From an uncultured bacterium (GTDB lineage: Bacteria; Desulfobacterota_D; UBA1144; Nemesobacterales; UBA2774): a stretch of DNA of 64,000 nucleotides. Shown here one piece after another: positions 61,289 through 64,000 of this stretch. Both the position numbers and the translations under genes were made by a program. Position 1 is the first letter of the stretch. The number at the start of each line of letters is the position of its first letter. The DNA lies in the NCBI GenBank assembly GCA_963825135.1, contig CAWGRW010000009.1, positions 1,376,001 through 1,440,000 of the forward strand. Reading direction: 5' to 3'. The notes beneath the pieces are model-generated. The model was not told the origin of the DNA. It saw nothing but the letters and a program-made list of their open reading frames with translations, and searched no databases.

Positions 61289-61301
61289 TTAGCATACCTA
61301 A
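61289..61301. promoter_or_regulatory. Third operator copy upstream of marR
   Basis: TTAGCATACCTAA, 18 nt upstream of the marR start. Confidence 0.65.
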
Positions 61302-61388
61302 ACATTTATAAAATTCACAAATGTGGAATATGCAGTCTCTCCGCCTGTCGTGAATACGCAAAGCGGCAATCCGATTCTTTCACTCGCA

Positions 61389-62148
61389 TTAAAGAGGGCC
61401 TTCCGATAGAATCCTTTTCGCCCTCTCGTAGGACTCGACCGTCCCTATGTCTATCGCCTCGCCCTCGGCGCGAATTGCATATATATCGTCATGTTCGGCC
61501 AGATACGATATGAAGTATCCGATCTCGTCCCGCGCGTCGGGAGACGACATGTATCCATGAATGCGCTCGAGCGCTCCGGGTTTCAGAAAGTAAAGCGCTG
61601 GGCATGCAAAGTTTGAGGGCGGGTTCTCGGGCTTTTCATGGAACGCTGTAACGCGGCCATCCCGATCGAGCTCGAGCACACCGGTTCTTCTGAGCCTCTG
61701 CGTGTCTTCAGTGGGGAGCGCCAGGACATAGCTTCTATCGCTGCTAAGGAACTTATCCCAAAAGGGCTTGAGCGGGAAGCGAAAGATGTTGTCCCCCGCC
61801 GCGACAACAGACCCGTCGTTCCGCAGCAGAGAATTTACCGCGAATCCCAGGTCCCCCGCCGCCCCGAGCCTTCTTTCCGCACTGCCGACTCCGTCGTTCA
61901 TTATGTAAAGGCTTATTCCCCGCTCCGTTATCGCGTCCCGACTCGTTTCCGCCCAGGCGAGGAAGTGCTTGAAGAATCGGTCGTTTGTCACGATTAGGAT
62001 TGCGTCCAAACCGCTGAAATCCCGGATTTGCCCGATAACGTAGTCGATGACCGGCTTTACCTCCGACATCGAGCAGCGCCTTCGGGAAATCCTTCGTGAG
62101 CGTACCCATCCTCGTAGCGAAGCCAGCGCAGAGTAGTATCGCGTTCAC
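61389..62148 (-). CDS. Sugar-1-phosphate nucleotidyltransferase, one +1 frameshift at 62056-62058
   Basis: LCAGFATRM..PKALL in one frame, then KPVIDY..AGDN..EKP..DIGT in the next. Confidence 0.85.
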
Positions 62149-63353
62149 AGGAGCCTTAGCCCTTCGTCGGATTCTGCGAAATATACTTTCGCGCTCAGGC
62201 CCGGCTCCGGGTGCCGCGCTTTATATCGGTCCAGCATCTCCGCGGCCGAGTCTTGCGAGAAATCCGTCCTGACAAAAGCGCTGACGGATCCGCCGTATCC
62301 TCCCCCGTTAAGCCTGCTCCCGTAAACCCCCTCAGTCGAGCTCATTATCTCATGCAGTGAGATAAGCTCGGGGCTGCCGATTTCGTAATTAGTGAATGAG
62401 CTCTCGCAGGATTCGTTCATGAGACGCCCGAAAGCGTTCATGTCGCCCCTGTTCCATGCCGCGACTCCCATAGTCACGCGTTCGACTTCCGTAAAGTAAT
62501 GAAGAGCCCTTCTCCTCAGGTCCGCGGGGAGCTTTGCCGATTTTTCACGAAATACTACTTCAGGAATATACGACAGGTTTTTTGCCGATCTCAGCCCCCC
62601 CATAATCCCGAGCAGCCCCGCGGCCTTTCTGCATTCTTCGACGCGTGTGTTGAAGCCCGACGCGGTGAGGTCGCGCGGGATGCCCGAATCTACGATCAAT
62701 ATTTTAAAGTCTTCCCAGTTTTTGGGCCTCGGATAAGCCGCAGTATGTCCGGTAACCGTATCTATGTATAAGAGGCTGTCTTTTTTGCCGTAAACGATCG
62801 ACGTTTGGTCAAGGATGCCGTTTGAGAGCCTCAGGTAATCGTTTTCGATCCTCCTGTCGAGCTCGACATACTCATCCGGCTTTAGCTCCAGATCGTTCAC
62901 GCACGCAAGCGCATAGAGGTATGCGAGTCCCGAAGACGCGGACGAGCTGAGACCGCTCGAGGGGAGAGAACCGGATAGTACGCCCGTGAACCCTCTCACG
63001 GCCCCACGGTACTCGTCGAGCGCTTTAGCGGCCCCCATCGCGTATCTGCCCCAGTCGTCCCTCGCGGGGGATTTGATATTGTCGATGCTGAATTCCGAGA
63101 CTCCGGGATAGTTCATGCTGTAGAGCCTGACTCTGTTATCGACGTTCGGTATGAACGCGAGCACCGTCCGTGCGTTGATAGTCATGCCCAGGACGGGTCC
63201 GCCCTGGTGGTCAATGTGCCCTCCCAGGGGGGAGATACGGTAGGGAGAAATCACTACTCCGAGCTGTGATTCGTCAAAGCTCTCTCTTCTCTTTAAATAC
63301 TCCGCGGTCTCTTCGACTTGTTTTTCCAGGGTGGAGAATTCCATTTTGTTCAT
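62145..63353 (-). CDS. GHMP sugar kinase, plant galacturonokinase (GalAK)-like
   Basis: SPYRISPLGGHIDHQGG, GLSSSA, DRRIENDYL..NGILDQ, HYFTE.ERV, GSRLNGGGYGG. Confidence 0.8.
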   Translation of the reverse strand: MNKMEFSTLEKQVEETAEYLKRRESFDESQLGVVISPYRISPLGGHIDHQGGPVLGMTINARTVLAFIPNVDNRVRLYSMNYPGVSEFSIDNIKSPARDDWGRYAMGAAKALDEYRGAVRGFTGVLSGSLPSSGLSSSASSGLAYLYALACVNDLELKPDEYVELDRRIENDYLRLSNGILDQTSIVYGKKDSLLYIDTVTGHTAAYPRPKNWEDFKILIVDSGIPRDLTASGFNTRVEECRKAAGLLGIMGGLRSAKNLSYIPEVVFREKSAKLPADLRRRALHYFTEVERVTMGVAAWNRGDMNAFGRLMNESCESSFTNYEIGSPELISLHEIMSSTEGVYGSRLNGGGYGGSVSAFVRTDFSQDSAAEMLDRYKARHPEPGLSAKVYFAESDEGLRLL

Positions 63354-63372
63354 CCGCCGTCTCAGTGAACGT

Positions 63373-63999
63373 TCAATCCGGCAGCAGCGAAAAACGCTGT
63401 ATCTCGTTCTGAAGCTGATAGAGGTTGTAATATATCCCCCTTCTCGCAAGCAGTTCCCTATGAGTCCCTGTTTCCGAAATCTCGCCCTTATGTATGACCA
63501 TGATCCTGTGGGCGTGCCTCACGTTCGAGAGCCTGTGAGCGATAATGAGCGTCGTCTGCTCCCGGGCTTCGTTCCTCAGCGCCTTTTGAATATTGCTTTC
63601 GATCCGCGCGTCGATATTCGAGGTCGCTTCGTCGAGTATCAGGAACTTCGATTCTTTTGAAAACGCCTGTCCCAGTGAGACAAGCTGTTTTTCGCCGGAC
63701 GATATGGTATTCCCGTTGGATTTTATCCGGTCGATCTGTACGGCCTTCGAGAAATTGTCGGTTTCGTCATCCGATATATCCTTTGCGAAAAGAAACAGGT
63801 CCTGAAATACCGCCGATATATTCCCTCTCAGGAACTCCGGGCTGAGCTCCCTTATGTCCCTGCCGTCGAAGAGTATCTGTCCCCTGTCGGCATCGTAGAA
63901 TCTGAGTATCAGATTCACTATCGTCGTCTTTCCCGACCCCGTTAGGCCGACCAGCGCTACGGTCTCTCCCGGCTCTATCGTGAAGGATACGTCCCTGAG
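63373..63999 (-). CDS. ABC exporter NBD (MdlB/TM288-like), 5' part outside window
   Basis: GLTGSGKT, ISSGEKQ, LILDEATSNID, IAHR. Confidence 0.88.
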   Translation of the reverse strand, partial: LRDVSFTIEPGETVALVGLTGSGKTTIVNLILRFYDADRGQILFDGRDIRELSPEFLRGNISAVFQDLFLFAKDISDDETDNFSKAVQIDRIKSNGNTISSGEKQLVSLGQAFSKESKFLILDEATSNIDARIESNIQKALRNEAREQTTLIIAHRLSNVRHAHRIMVIHKGEISETGTHRELLARRGIYYNLYQLQNEIQRFSLLPD

Positions 64000-64000
64000 C

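Noticed and set aside
1..64000. CRISPR arrays, IS elements, prophage, defence systems, rRNA
   Set aside because: No regularly spaced repeats, transposase, integrase or phage motifs, or rRNA sequence seen; nearly all space is filled by identifiable genes.

Overview
Core-chromosome segment of a moderately GC-rich bacterium. Gene content and order are deltaproteobacteria-like; the lineage is inferred, not verified. It opens with the 3' part of the dcw cluster (murD-ftsW-murG-murC-murB-ftsQ-ftsA-ftsZ, no ddl), then ftsY-ribD-nadD-rsfS, dnaE, selO and pcrA/uvrD. tRNA-Gln and tRNA-Val flank a eukaryote-like GT10 fucosyltransferase, followed by thrS-infC-rpmI-rplT and assorted metabolic genes. Later blocks are a folM-folB-folK cluster, a ppgK-tkt-tal/pgi-HAD-rpiA-rpe-zwf-pgl pentose-phosphate cluster, an aguB-aguA-DHS polyamine cluster, ispH, a MarR/alternative sigma70/carbonic anhydrase module and a plant-type galacturonokinase coupled to a nucleotidyltransferase. 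No integrase, transposase, prophage, CRISPR or rRNA is visible. Best leads: (1) an unannotated sigma54-driven ~158-nt sRNA at 33498-33655 (-) with a GAAA-capped terminator, an anti-SD-like seed and a 20-codon ORF; (2) a GalAK-like uronic-acid salvage pair; (3) a Cys-rich MarR with three matching operators controlling a divergent sigma70; (4) AUA starts on both infC and rsfS; (5) a cytochrome P460-like lipoprotein with no CxxCH. Five single-base insertions in four housekeeping genes look like sequencing errors. All family assignments come from motif recognition; no database searches were run.
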